From Styela clava (lineage: Eukaryota): 64,000 nt of DNA. The notes beneath the pieces are model-generated. The model did not search any database and was not told the origin of the DNA. It saw only the letters and a program-made list of their open reading frames with translations. The stretch covers positions 7,564,001 to 7,628,000 of the forward strand of contig NC_135260.1 in assembly GCF_964204865.1 (NCBI RefSeq). The letters are read 5' to 3'. Position numbers and translations under genes: made by a program. Numbering within the stretch: the first letter of the stretch is position 1; each line of letters opens with the position of its first letter. Positions 11,453-24,503 of this stretch are shown here, piece by piece.

Positions 11453-14419
11453 ATGACGACTAGACGATTTTTCGATTCAATTGAAGCTTTGAGACGCTTA
11501 GACGAAATAGAGGATGACGATGAAGTCATTGGTGAAATGGAAAGTTCAGGCGACGAAGTCGATGTATTAGAGGCACAATCTGAGAGCGAATATGAGGAGA
11601 GCTCAGATTCAGACGTACCCGGCCCTTCGAATGCGCCAGCCCGCAATGTTCGTGGTTCGCAGAGAAGCCGTCGAAGAAGAGCAGTGGCAGGTCGACAGCG
11701 AGGAAGAACGAGAACCACAACCCCATCAGGTCCACAACTAAACTGGCAGAAGGTGGTAAATCCCCGTGTGATGCGTCCATTTTCCGAGAGAATAGGGGTA
11801 CAAAAACGATTTCCCCCCCCCCACACTACAAGTTTGGATGTCTTTTCACAATTTATTACCGCAAATGTTATCGCACTAATTGTCGAGATGACAAATCTCA
11901 ATGCCGAGCGGAAGATTGCAGCTTCTGGAGGCAGCCAGACGTGGAAACCGACGACCGCGGAAGAAGTGAAAGCATTCCTTGGCCTAATTATTATCATGGG
12001 CCTAATAAGAATGCCACAATTGACCATGTACTGGCAGAAGAAGAACTGGATTTTCGACTGGCCCACACCAAACAAAATAATACCAAGAGATCGCTTCAAA
12101 CTTTTATGGAAATACCTTCACTTCTGTGATGAATCCAAATCCCCATCGCCGCAGGACCCACTAAGACAGGGGTCGGGAACCTTTTTGGTCAAGAGAGCCA
12201 TAAAATATACATATTTTCAATTGCATTTCCGTGCGAGCCATATAACATTTCTTCACTTAATCAGGCCTGAAATGTTTACTCAAAAGTCAACACATACAAT
12301 GTCAATATACATTTAATGTGATTTCTGATGCTGCATGTAGTCGCTGCGGGCCTTGAACGGTTGCTCACTTGCAGCCCAAGTTGAAATCTACGGTATGTTT
12401 ACTGTTATTTACAAATACTATGACCGTTTTTTTTCTCGTCATATTTTATCCCCCTTATTGCAAGTTTTATACACGTATAATAGGATACCGTACCGGTATT
12501 GTTTGCAATATATTATTCGCTGTAACTTAATCAGAGTGGTAATTTTCACTCTTTTCATTTGTATATAAGTTTTCAAAATTGTACTTGTTAGAAATATTTT
12601 GTGCAATTTGCATTCTCTCTAAGTTTTCCTTTATTTTTTCTTGTTGTCCTCTCATTTTCTCTCTTCAGTGCATTCTCTCGTGATAGTTATACATTTATTT
12701 TGTTAAATAATCTGCACAGTAGCCTCAATTATGTATACTGCCGCAACTACTGGTATTCAGTAGTTGTGTCTTATTTAGTTACTTTTTTATACTAACCTGC
12801 ATCAGCTAGGTGTCGCTGCTTGAAGACCTTTATAGGTCCCTCGCGACTCCAGTCACACAATTAACATGATCAGTATATTTCATTTATTGTAACAGTTTTC
12901 TATATGCTTGTTTTTTGTGTTGACAAATAAAAGATTGATTGATTGATACGGTACTCATCACCCTTTTTCGTTTAGGCATCTCCGTAGTGTTTTTAAAACT
13001 CTATCGCTTTGTGATGTCACAATATATGTTTCCAGAATCCCCTTGTTTGTCACAATGCCTGTCTGTCATAATCTTTCGTAACATAGACATCTGCTGGGCG
13101 CGCGTTCTCAAACGTATTGGGAATTTCCTGCCAAAATTGGCTATAAAAGTGTTTGAAATCTCGTAACAATAGTAAGCTTAGTCTTAGAATATTAGATTTT
13201 TCTGGGAGCCATATGCCGTCACCAAAAGAGCCATATATGGCTCGCGAGCCATGGGTTCCCGACCCCTGCACTAAGAGATAGACTCTATAAGATTCGACCA
13301 CTTCTTGAACTTGTGGAACCCACGTTCCTTTCAGTTTATACCCCAGACAAATATATAGCAATTGATGAATCAATGATACCATTCAAAGGTAGAATAAGCT
13401 TTCGGCAATTTATACCCTCAAAACGTGTTAGATTTGGAATAAAAGTCTGGGTTTTGGCAGAATCGAAAACAGGGTATGTTTCCAAATTCCAAATTTATAC
13501 TGGCAAGGATCCACGAGTTCAAGAAGTGGGATTAGCATCTAGGGTGGTATACGATCTAATTGATCCGTTCCTAGATAAGGGTTACCACCTATACGTAGAT
13601 AACTTTTATACGTCAACAGAACTTTTTAGAAAGTTATACGAAAACAATGTTTATGCATGTGGTACAATGCGCTTGGGAAGAAAAAACTTTCCAAGCGAAG
13701 TTGTACTTACAAAAAGAACTCATAGAAGAGGTGACAGTGAATGGACAATGGCCCACGAGCTTCTCTGTCAATCGTGGCTTGACAACAGGCCGGTATATTT
13801 TTTATCAACAATTCACAAGCCTGATTACGAGCCAGATGTTCCAATGGAACTCAGAACTGTGAAAAGAAGGGGTGGGCGTGGCATGCCATCGCAAGACATG
13901 CCATGTCCACCTCTTCTACATGATTATAATAATTATATGGGCGGGGTGGATTTCAATGACGCTATGCGAAAGTACTATAACATTGGAAGACGTTCCAAAA
14001 CATGGTACAGACGTATTTTTTTTTACCTAATCGAAGTAGCGTTACATAACAGTATCGTGGTGGCGAAGGCTATTTTGCCTGAAAATGAAAGGAAAAAATT
14101 CGTGCCATTAGAATGGCGAAAAGATTTGGTCACGAAATTGTTGGGTGATTTCAGGACCGTTCGCGTGCCACCACGTCGCTCTAGTGAACAACGTGAACTA
14201 AGACTTCAAAATGTAGGGCTTTATTTGCCGTCATTTCAAAATGCCTTGCGAATCTGCAAGGTTTGCTCTGTGAAAGAATCCCATAAGCAGAGAAGGGGTG
14301 GCCCTAAATATGTTACGAGATCGCGCGTAATTTGTCGAGAATGTGGCGTACATCTTTGTGTAGCTCGCGGAAAAGATTGCTTTACGCAATGGCACACAAA
14401 GAAAGAATTTTGGCGATAA
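11453..14419 (+). mobile_element. piggyBac-family transposase (PGBD4-like), 618 aa when rejoined, split by a hAT MITE; copy 1
   Basis: 11453-12166 plus 13277-14419 rejoin in frame (..PQDPLR|DRLYKIRPLL..). Catalytic DDD motifs IDESM, VDNFY and GGVDFND are intact, with an acidic N-terminus and a C-terminal Cys-rich domain (CKVC..CREC..LC..CF..WH). No TTAA-flanked TIRs found. Confidence 0.92.
12167..13268. mobile_element. Non-autonomous hAT (Buster/Charlie-type) element, 1102 bp, inside the piggyBac ORF
   Basis: Perfect 15-bp TIR CAGGGGTCGGGAACC / GGTTCCCGACCCCTG; perfect 8-bp TSD CACTAAGA (12159-12166 / 13269-13276) fitting the Buster nnnTAnnn target. Confidence 0.95.
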
Positions 14420-15447
14420 TCACGCCCTTTCTCTTCCATGTGATACCTTCACAGAGCAAACCTTTATAATTTTATGTAAAGTATTTGTTTTTCAGTTATC
14501 GTATTTGTAACCTTTATAATTTCATGTACAGTTTTTGTTATTTTGTTTGTCCGTTATAGTATTTGTAAATAAAATATATGTTATGCCAGCAAAATAGCAA
14601 TGTTTTTATACACGAAATATAAGGGAGTGATATTATCACAGACGATAAGGCAGCGTTAGGTCTAATCGATCGCTCAGACTCAACTGAGCCGAATGACAAT
14701 TTCGTTCACGACAGGCGTATTACTCGCTCAAAACACACCAGTCTTGTGTTGACAGAATCGTAGTAACAAAGCGCAGCGAACTGTAAAGACATAAACAAGT
14801 AAGATGCGAGAACACGCTGTTCACAGTTGACTGAATACCAGGCATGTAAATTTTTCTCTTCAATTTCCCGCGTTTGAAGCGACGTCATCGGAATGGCTTT
14901 TCGTTTACGGTCCTCCAGTGACATCTAGCGTAAAGATCTTGAAAAGACCTTTGCAATGATATATAATAATCGATATATTTAATAAATTTTGGGGTCTTTA
15001 GACTTAAATAAAAATGGGTATACAAATTGGGCAAGATTGATCGTCTGAATCAGGTTAAATGTAAAATTTGAACCTTTTACCAAAAGCTCAGCTTGACGCA
15101 ACGGATAGTGCAGAAATTGCGCTTCATTTAATCGCTGTACTAGGTAAAAGTCGTATGTAAGCACTGTGATTCATCCTTTATAAACAGTGAGAAACCTATT
15201 GTGCTATTTATTATAGACCAATGAATGATATGGATAATTTATTCAACAGTTCTTTACTTTAAAATAAGATATATCAAATCATATTACATATAAATGAACT
15301 CTATAAATCATATTTTTTACAATGAACACAGTGAAGTTTTATAATGGTAAGCCACAATTTTATAAGTCAATTGCTTTTTGATCAGAATCGGCATCGATAA
15401 TATTTCGACAAAAGACAATATTCACGAGCAAACATGATTAGTTTGGT

Positions 15448-15553
15448 CGGTACTTCTGAAGTATGCGCACCAATATGTCGCATAACCTTAACCTGGTACA
15501 GAACCTGAGTTCAGGTTGTGCGCCATCATGGTGCGCATACTTCAGGAGGTCCG
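15448..15553. mobile_element. Short MITE family A relative (second copy at 25532-25637)
   Basis: CGGTACTTCTGAAGTATGCGCACCA...TGGTGCGCATACTTCAGGAGGTCCG palindrome with a TAACC core. Confidence 0.7.
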
Positions 15554-15690
15554 TTTAGTCAATATGACATCTATAGAAAGGATAAACGTTTTTGAAATAT
15601 CCCGTGCAATTCTGAAACTAATTTCATTCTTGATGTTATAATTCACACGCGGGTGCTCATCTATAACTTAAACATCATAACGCAATCATA

Positions 15691-16518
15691 TCAAGTAAAG
15701 CATCTCGCCCAAAATTTGACATAAGGTTCATTTTGTCTTTGTATCCCATCTATGGACATTTTGTTAATCCTACTAGCTTCCATGTCATTCCACATTTTTC
15801 GTACCATTGTGTGATTTCCCCTGGTGTGACAAAATATCATATATGCCCTAGATATATAATTCAATGGAATCGATAACTTTGTTCGTAATATACCGGTAAC
15901 GTAGACGTCATCGAGGTAGATCTGTAAAAAAAAGGATAGTATTATGATTTATTTGCGTTTCCAACTAAATTGTAGAATGGTTAATTCTAACTTGACGTCA
16001 GACAATGACAAAATGTTTTGATGGGGAAACGGATGTCTAGAAAAGTTTGCTCTTTATTTACTCTTGAAATTTTGCGTACTTCCATTAAAATTAAGAAATC
16101 CAATACTATAAAGTGTTTACAAACAACCTGCTAACAATGACCGTTATCGCAAGTGATAACATGTGTTTCACATATAAGAGTTCAATATATTGTTCTTGTG
16201 TTTTGAGTATATTTATCGCTTTTATTGATATTTTGTTAGGACTTAAAAATCGTTCATTTTCAAACTATGTCTATCAATTTTCTGACGCTAAACTGTTGAC
16301 TCTACATTGACATGTCATCGTACTTACCTGCTTCGTTTTCAGTGAAACGTCGAACAAACGCCGAACGACGTCCATTGATGCGATCCAACATCCACCGAAA
16401 CAAAACGAAGGCCAGTAATCTTCTTCGTATAAAGATCTTGCAATAACATACTTTCCTTCTCTGGGTACATTTTTGAAGAAATGGATTTTGCAGATTATTA
16501 AATCTTTCTTCGGAAGCC
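15691..16518 (-). pseudogene. Orphan duplicate of the last two exons of the GT31 galactosyltransferase gene
   Basis: Exons 16518-16328 and 15921-15691 match 26602-26412 and 26005-25775. Upstream exons are absent because the duplication breakpoint lies in intron 5. Confidence 0.88.
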
Positions 16519-17150
16519 CTATGAAAAAGAACAAACAGGATAATTTCAATTTAAGAAACCATGATAGTAAAATTATGGTCAATTATTCAAATAGAACCCA
16601 TTTCAAAATCGTGAATCAAAAAGGGTCCCGTTTTAATGCTGGCATGAGTAATAGGTGAAAACAACGGAACGGGCCAGAACCCGTCCGTTGTGCTACGTTA
16701 GTATATTCCCATATAATTATTTGTATATATCAGTAAATATCAATTGTTGATAAAATGAAAAAAGATAAGATATAAAAGTATCAGACCAATCGACCGAGTA
16801 ATTTTAACAATATCAAGTTTAGCTAAAGATAAGCACAATATAAGTCGGAGTCTCGATCGATCAACGACGGACCAGTCGAATGCGACCTCTACAAGTACCT
16901 ATGCACTTGGAGGGGCTTATCTTAAACTTGCGTTGAAAGTAGTGCGTGGGTCAATTACCATGTAAGTCGTAAGTCGTCAAAAATGTATAGCATTGGTCTA
17001 CAAAATCGGTATCGACACCTTGAGTAGAAAGAGGAGGCGATTCAATTATATGTTAGTTGAATAACAAGATTAATAAGGCGAATAGCAATAACATGAATAC
17101 GTGGTGTGTTTCATGCGTTGAAGAACTCTAAACATGAGATCAAGATTTTG

Positions 17151-18955
17151 TTATTTCTTCCTTTTAAAGGTTCTTTTTGACGACTCCTTCCCAACCGTCA
17201 TTATCTGCAAAGAATAATAATTGATTTCATCGGTCGACATTATCGGTAACGCCACAGTCTAATAACAATGGGCGGAATTGCTCTTGTTAGATACAATAGT
17301 AAGACGAAATAACAAAACCAGTATTTTTGATAGTTCCCTTTTTTATTTGCAATGTGCATTTCGTTATTGAGTAGCATGCCTCGTCTCAATCGTATAATCT
17401 GAAGGAATTACAACCCGGTGGCTTTTGACGCATTTATTACCTCCTTGTGGAGGAAGTTTGCGAAGTATTTTTCTAATCATCTTACCTCAATTAGTTTATC
17501 GTCTTCATTGTATCGTTCTATAGTCATTTTCCTTTTATCTTTGTTGAAAAAAAAAGTTCCAACCATCCGTCCATTTTCAAGTTTCCATGAACCCTTCAAA
17601 TATTATAACGACACCAGTAAATGTTATGAAACATTTGAAATTCCGGTGTGGTAAAATGCACCAAATCGCTTTAAAATTCTCCAAGCTACGATTTTTTTTC
17701 ATTCAAATAATGTTTGCAATGAAAGCAAGTTAAGGGGTACTAGGTTATTGAACTGCAAATCATTTTCCACGTTTACTTTCTATTAGGATCCGTGTATGTT
17801 AGTCGTTGGGATCCGTATTATCAGTTAACATTAACACAAGATAAATTGAACGAAATAGTATTATAAATATAATTAGCATACCGTGAAAAGAGCTCATGCT
17901 ATTCTTACAGAATGCTATGTTACAAATTTCTTACCGACATTTTCCCTCCAGTGGGCGCATCATCTTCAAACTCCACACCAAATTTCATCTGCCTCGTCTT
18001 TCGCACTGGACCTGTGACTGTTTTCAGTTCGTATTCATCGTCAGTCTTTTTCCTTATTTCAGCGTATGTTGTCAGACGCACTGCAATAGCTCGTTCAATC
18101 GCATTCACGCCTGAGAAACACGAGACAAGTAATTACATAGTTATACGGAAAGCACACTTACAATATAATAAGGAGGCTTAGGGTTGCTATTGAAGCACTT
18201 CAATATTCTGTTTCATAACGGTACCATACTAAGAGTAACAGGGGACAAAGGACGAGACATATATTATTCCACCGAACTATATACCAAAAATTAAAGTTCC
18301 ACGCATAATTTAAAAATTATTTTACACCAATTCCTACCAACAACAAAATTTACATTTGCACTGAACCAATATTTTCGTCATTCGTTACTCTTAAAATCGA
18401 TGATACTTAACATTTCAATTATTTCAAATGGTTTTCTTTGCAGTTCATGGCTGGAACCGGTGAACAATAAACACAATACAATAAATCACGACCTAACTAT
18501 CGGATTTAATGGGTTCAGCAAATCAATCTAGCGCGCTGTTACCGGCACCGGCGGTTTTCGAAGTTACGCAATTACGTGCTCATTCATGCATGTTAAGACG
18601 TCTGGTACCGTATACTTGTACATAACTAGTCTGTACTTGCTGAAAATACTATTAGATTAAGCGGACTGTGTGTATAGTGTAAATTTCCGATTCAGTATAC
18701 CATGCGATTGTTCGTAGAGCAAAGATTACTTTCACAGTGTTTGGTTATAGCGTAATTCATATAACACGCAGGAGTAGCCAGCGACGTTAAGAGAAATTCC
18801 ATTTCACGCGGTATAATAACTAATTTCAATCGCCACACCCCACGACATTATATAGAATATTATTCATTGGTCTACAAAGTCTTACCCAACTCCTTTAGCA
18901 TTCCATCAAAATTCTCATTTTCTTCCAACACCCACTCTCCTACTATAGCTTCCAT
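17151..18955 (-). CDS. Fatty acid-binding protein, paralog B copy 2
   Basis: Copy of 7067-8871 at +10,084; exons 18955-18886, 18110-17935, 17593-17486 and 17204-17151. Confidence 0.88.
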
Positions 18956-21536
18956 TTTAAATTACTGCTGGAAAAACGCAGTGCGATGTTCTATATTATG
19001 CTTGTTGCAATTACTGATAGCACAAAAAGCCTGAAATAGTGTTCGCAACTTACTCTATAGTTAAACAGCGGTCCAAATCTAAGTACAAGCTAATCAAGAA
19101 TGACGGAAAACCGTGATCCGCTTAGCGATATCTCGGTGAAATTAGTAAATGATTGAACGTCTGATGTCAGTATAGTCATACTTCAGTAATAACTAAGTTA
19201 AACAAAGGCGGAGAAACCTTCGTTATGCGTTTGTCGTGTTGCGATAGTAGGCCTAAAATAGCTGGATTGCGCCATAAGAAAGCATATCTTCCTTCGTAAA
19301 ACGTAGAAATACAGGCGCTGTTTGCGCCTCACTACACATCAAAACTACGCACCTAGTTTCCATGCCAGCACACGTAATTGATGCAAAGTTTGTTCGCTAA
19401 TGAACAGAAGATAAAATAGCGATATCAAACCAAAACAGTATCCAGAATATTATGGACCTAAATTTTCTTTAGATATTTTAATTTAATGAAGTCTATATCG
19501 TTTGCTGCTTCGCGTGAAGTTACCATCAAACATTGATCACAAGTAGTAATTACTTTAGTATATTTTACCGACTGCCTACGGGGAAAAGTCAAATAATTCT
19601 ACAAATAGCGTTGATTAGAATACTCTATGCCAGTGGTCGAGTATTCTTTGCCGGACCTTGTGCGTTTCTGGTTTAGATAATGTAGCGTAATATTTTCGTA
19701 ACGTAACGTAAGACACACGTTATACCGGACGTCATATGAAAATGAAACTTGATCACCTGATTTTTAACATCCTGCAGTTAAATATTGTGATAGATTAGCA
19801 AGTTAAATAAAAACGTGAGGTCAGGAATTAGGTTCGATAAGCTACAAAGTAGAGCGAATCTATAGTAGCAGCTAAGTTTGTCACTGAAACTTGACGCTCG
19901 ACAGTTTGAATATTGCAAATTATAATGAGTAGAAATTAAAATCTATTTTGAAACGGTTTAACACCATCTGCAGAATCTGACATCGGAACGATGGGCTTAT
20001 AACTGTAAAAAATAAAATGCTTTTAAGCGTCAATACCGCGACTGCAGAACAGACTACATTGTTCCATAATTCCAGGGTGGATGATTTTGCTGGCGACTGG
20101 TCGGTTCGCAACAATTTTCTGTTTTGAAATCAGTCCGCGGCACAGAGAAGGGTTGCGACCACTGCTTTGTGCAAAAGAATTCCACTTCACAAGGAAATTA
20201 AATCAAAGTTTTGCCATGAGAAACAATGTTGAATAATTTAATTCGTTCTTACGCATTACAAATTACCCAAATTATTAACAAAACGTCTACCTAAATAAAA
20301 GTAATTAATTGAATGTGTACGTAATAAGGATCAAACATTTTAAAACTGAAAATTTAAAAAAAATTGTATCAGTCACTGTACGTTTGAGCAAATTTCTTTT
20401 GTCTCTATTGGATTCGTTTTTGTGTGTGCGATGACGTCATCAAAAATTGCGCACCTTGTGGCGGTTCCGTTTCTACCCGAGTACCGCAGCATTTTTAATT
20501 AACTAGATTTTTTGGTCGACTACCAAGTTGATCGAATATCTTGTCGTTCGACTACTGAGGTCACACTGTATATTCTCTATCACTGAATTGTGAGTAGAGC
20601 AAAATAAAGACTATAGGCTCAAAATACTTTTGGAGCTCTGAGGCAATATATTTCAACACACATTATCCAAATCTTTAAATGTTATCTTCAAGTGTGTTTG
20701 TATATATATATATTTCTCCCACAATAATGATGTTATTTGAAGTTTTCCTAATGCTAGCATGGCAAACCTTATAGGGGCTAACTGGCTCATTAGCGCAAAT
20801 TTGAATATAAAATCACGTGACCTAGGTTTAGAATGTCGGTTGGGGTTTTATTTTGAAGTTTCTTCGATTACCTACCTGACAATACCAGATCAAGCTTGAT
20901 ACGACAATTGAAAGCCAAAAAATAACGGCTTTATGTGAACACGATGACGCACAACCTTACAATTTTCACAGGTTGTGTGACATCTTTTAGCACATTCTTC
21001 AGGAGTACCAAAATAACAAAAAAAATGTTCTCGCGTGATTCATGCTTATGTTATTGTTACATAAAATACAAAACTAATTTCTACGACTTCAAAAATAATG
21101 GACTTCGCGCCATACAACGACCTACTTTTGACATCTGGACGTGATAAAACGACGACACATGCTTTGCATGGACCGCATTACATCGTCTCAGCATGACGCT
21201 CTACCGATTGACATATATACGGCAAAAGGCACTATCTAGCGCGACTGACGGAAATGTGGCTCTATGCCGTGAATGCCCTTACATGATTCATGTTCGTTCT
21301 ATTGTTGCATGAACATGGAAACTAATTCTCTATGACCTCAAAATAAACAATGGCCTACATATGACATCAGAAAGTGATGAAGCGAAGACATTACACTCAG
21401 CAAGACACTATTGATTGACGACACATTTAGCTTTAGTAAAACAGCGGGTGCTCATCTCGTAAAAAGCAGAGCATTGTTTACGAGTCAAGATAAAATGATG
21501 AGAAACTTATAACAAAGTATTACATTACTTGCAACG

Positions 21537-24503
21537 ATGACGACTAGACGATTTTTCGATTCAATTGAAGCTTTGAGACGCTTAGACGAAATAGAGGATG
21601 ACGATGAAGTCATTGGTGAAATGGAAAGTTCAGGCGACGAAGTCGATGTATTAGAGGCACAATCTGAGAGCGAATATGAGGAGAGCTCAGATTCAGACGT
21701 ACCCGGCCCTTCGAATGCGCCAGCCCGCAATGTTCGTGGTTCGCAGAGAAGCCGTCGAAGAAGAGCAGTGGCAGGTCGACAGCGAGGAAGAACGAGAACC
21801 ACAACCCCATCAGGTCCACAACTAAACTGGCAGAAGGTGGTAAATCCCCGTGTGATGCGTCCATTTTCCGAGAGAATAGGGGTACAAAAACGATTTCCCC
21901 CCCCCCACACTACAAGTTTGGATGTCTTTTCACAATTTATTACCGCAAATGTTATCGCACTAATTGTCGAGATGACAAATCTCAATGCCGAGCGGAAGAT
22001 TGCAGCTTCTGGAGGCAGCCAGACGTGGAAACCGACGACCGCGGAAGAAGTGAAAGCATTCCTTGGCCTAATTATTATCATGGGCCTAATAAGAATGCCA
22101 CAATTGACCATGTACTGGCAGAAGAAGAACTGGATTTTCGACTGGCCCACACCAAACAAAATAATACCAAGAGATCGCTTCAAACTTTTATGGAAATACC
22201 TTCACTTCTGTGATGAATCCAAATCCCCATCGCCGCAGGACCCACTAAGACAGGGGTCGGGAACCTTTTTGGTCAAGAGAGCCATAAAATATACATATTT
22301 TCAATTGCATTTCCGTGCGAGCCATATAACATTTCTTCACTTAATCAGGCCTGAAATGTTTACTCAAAAGTCAACACATACAATGTCAATATACATTTAA
22401 TGTGATTTCTGATGCTGCATGTAGTCGCTGCGGGCCTTGAACGGTTGCTCACTTGCAGCCCAAGTTGAAATCTACGGTATGTTTACTGTTATTTACAAAT
22501 ACTATGACCGTTTTTTTTCTCGTCATATTTTATCCCCCTTATTGCAAGTTTTATACACGTATAATAGGATACCGTACCGGTATTGTTTGCAATATATTAT
22601 TCGCTGTAACTTAATCAGAGTGGTAATTTTCACTCTTTTCATTTGTATATAAGTTTTCAAAATTGTACTTGTTAGAAATATTTTGTGCAATTTGCATTCT
22701 CTCTAAGTTTTCCTTTATTTTTTCTTGTTGTCCTCTCATTTTCTCTCTTCAGTGCATTCTCTCGTGATAGTTATACATTTATTTTGTTAAATAATCTGCA
22801 CAGTAGCCTCAATTATGTATACTGCCGCAACTACTGGTATTCAGTAGTTGTGTCTTATTTAGTTACTTTTTTATACTAACCTGCATCAGCTAGGTGTCGC
22901 TGCTTGAAGACCTTTATAGGTCCCTCGCGACTCCAGTCACACAATTAACATGATCAGTATATTTCATTTATTGTAACAGTTTTCTATATGCTTGTTTTTT
23001 GTGTTGACAAATAAAAGATTGATTGATTGATACGGTACTCATCACCCTTTTTCGTTTAGGCATCTCCGTAGTGTTTTTAAAACTCTATCGCTTTGTGATG
23101 TCACAATATATGTTTCCAGAATCCCCTTGTTTGTCACAATGCCTGTCTGTCATAATCTTTCGTAACATAGACATCTGCTGGGCGCGCGTTCTCAAACGTA
23201 TTGGGAATTTCCTGCCAAAATTGGCTATAAAAGTGTTTGAAATCTCGTAACAATAGTAAGCTTAGTCTTAGAATATTAGATTTTTCTGGGAGCCATATGC
23301 CGTCACCAAAAGAGCCATATATGGCTCGCGAGCCATGGGTTCCCGACCCCTGCACTAAGAGATAGACTCTATAAGATTCGACCACTTCTTGAACTTGTGG
23401 AACCCACGTTCCTTTCAGTTTATACCCCAGACAAATATATAGCAATTGATGAATCAATGATACCATTCAAAGGTAGAATAAGCTTTCGGCAATTTATACC
23501 CTCAAAACGTGTTAGATTTGGAATAAAAGTCTGGGTTTTGGCAGAATCGAAAACAGGGTATGTTTCCAAATTCCAAATTTATACTGGCAAGGATCCACGA
23601 GTTCAAGAAGTGGGATTAGCATCTAGGGTGGTATACGATCTAATTGATCCGTTCCTAGATAAGGGTTACCACCTATACGTAGATAACTTTTATACGTCAA
23701 CAGAACTTTTTAGAAAGTTATACGAAAACAATGTTTATGCATGTGGTACAATGCGCTTGGGAAGAAAAAACTTTCCAAGCGAAGTTGTACTTACAAAAAG
23801 AACTCATAGAAGAGGTGACAGTGAATGGACAATGGCCCACGAGCTTCTCTGTCAATCGTGGCTTGACAACAGGCCGGTATATTTTTTATCAACAATTCAC
23901 AAGCCTGATTACGAGCCAGATGTTCCAATGGAACTCAGAACTGTGAAAAGAAGGGGTGGGCGTGGCATGCCATCGCAAGACATGCCATGTCCACCTCTTC
24001 TACATGATTATAATAATTATATGGGCGGGGTGGATTTCAATGACGCTATGCGAAAGTACTATAACATTGGAAGACGTTCCAAAACATGGTACAGACGTAT
24101 TTTTTTTTACCTAATCGAAGTAGCGTTACATAACAGTATCGTGGTGGCGAAGGCTATTTTGCCTGAAAATGAAAGGAAAAAATTCGTGCCATTAGAATGG
24201 CGAAAAGATTTGGTCACGAAATTGTTGGGTGATTTCAGGACCGTTCGCGTGCCACCACGTCGCTCTAGTGAACAACGTGAACTAAGACTTCAAAATGTAG
24301 GGCTTTATTTGCCGTCATTTCAAAATGCCTTGCGAATCTGCAAGGTTTGCTCTGTGAAAGAATCCCATAAGCAGAGAAGGGGTGGCCCTAAATATGTTAC
24401 GAGATCGCGCGTAATTTGTCGAGAATGTGGCGTACATCTTTGTGTAGCTCGCGGAAAAGATTGCTTTACGCAATGGCACACAAAGAAAGAATTTTGGCGA
24501 TAA
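21537..24503 (+). mobile_element. piggyBac transposase split by hAT MITE; copy 2
   Basis: Copy of 11453-14419 at +10,084; the ORF-track translations are identical. Confidence 0.92.
22251..23352. mobile_element. hAT MITE inside piggyBac copy 2
   Basis: Same TIR and CACTAAGA TSD as 12167-13268. Confidence 0.95.

Noticed and set aside
11401-12099. 232-aa minus-strand ORF (and its copy at 21485-22183)
   Set aside because: Antisense shadow of the piggyBac N-terminal coding region; no recognisable domain.
11146-15110. CACTATC / GATAGTG as candidate piggyBac termini
   Set aside because: Only a 7-bp match, and the flanks (AAGG / CAGA) are neither TTAA nor a duplicated target.
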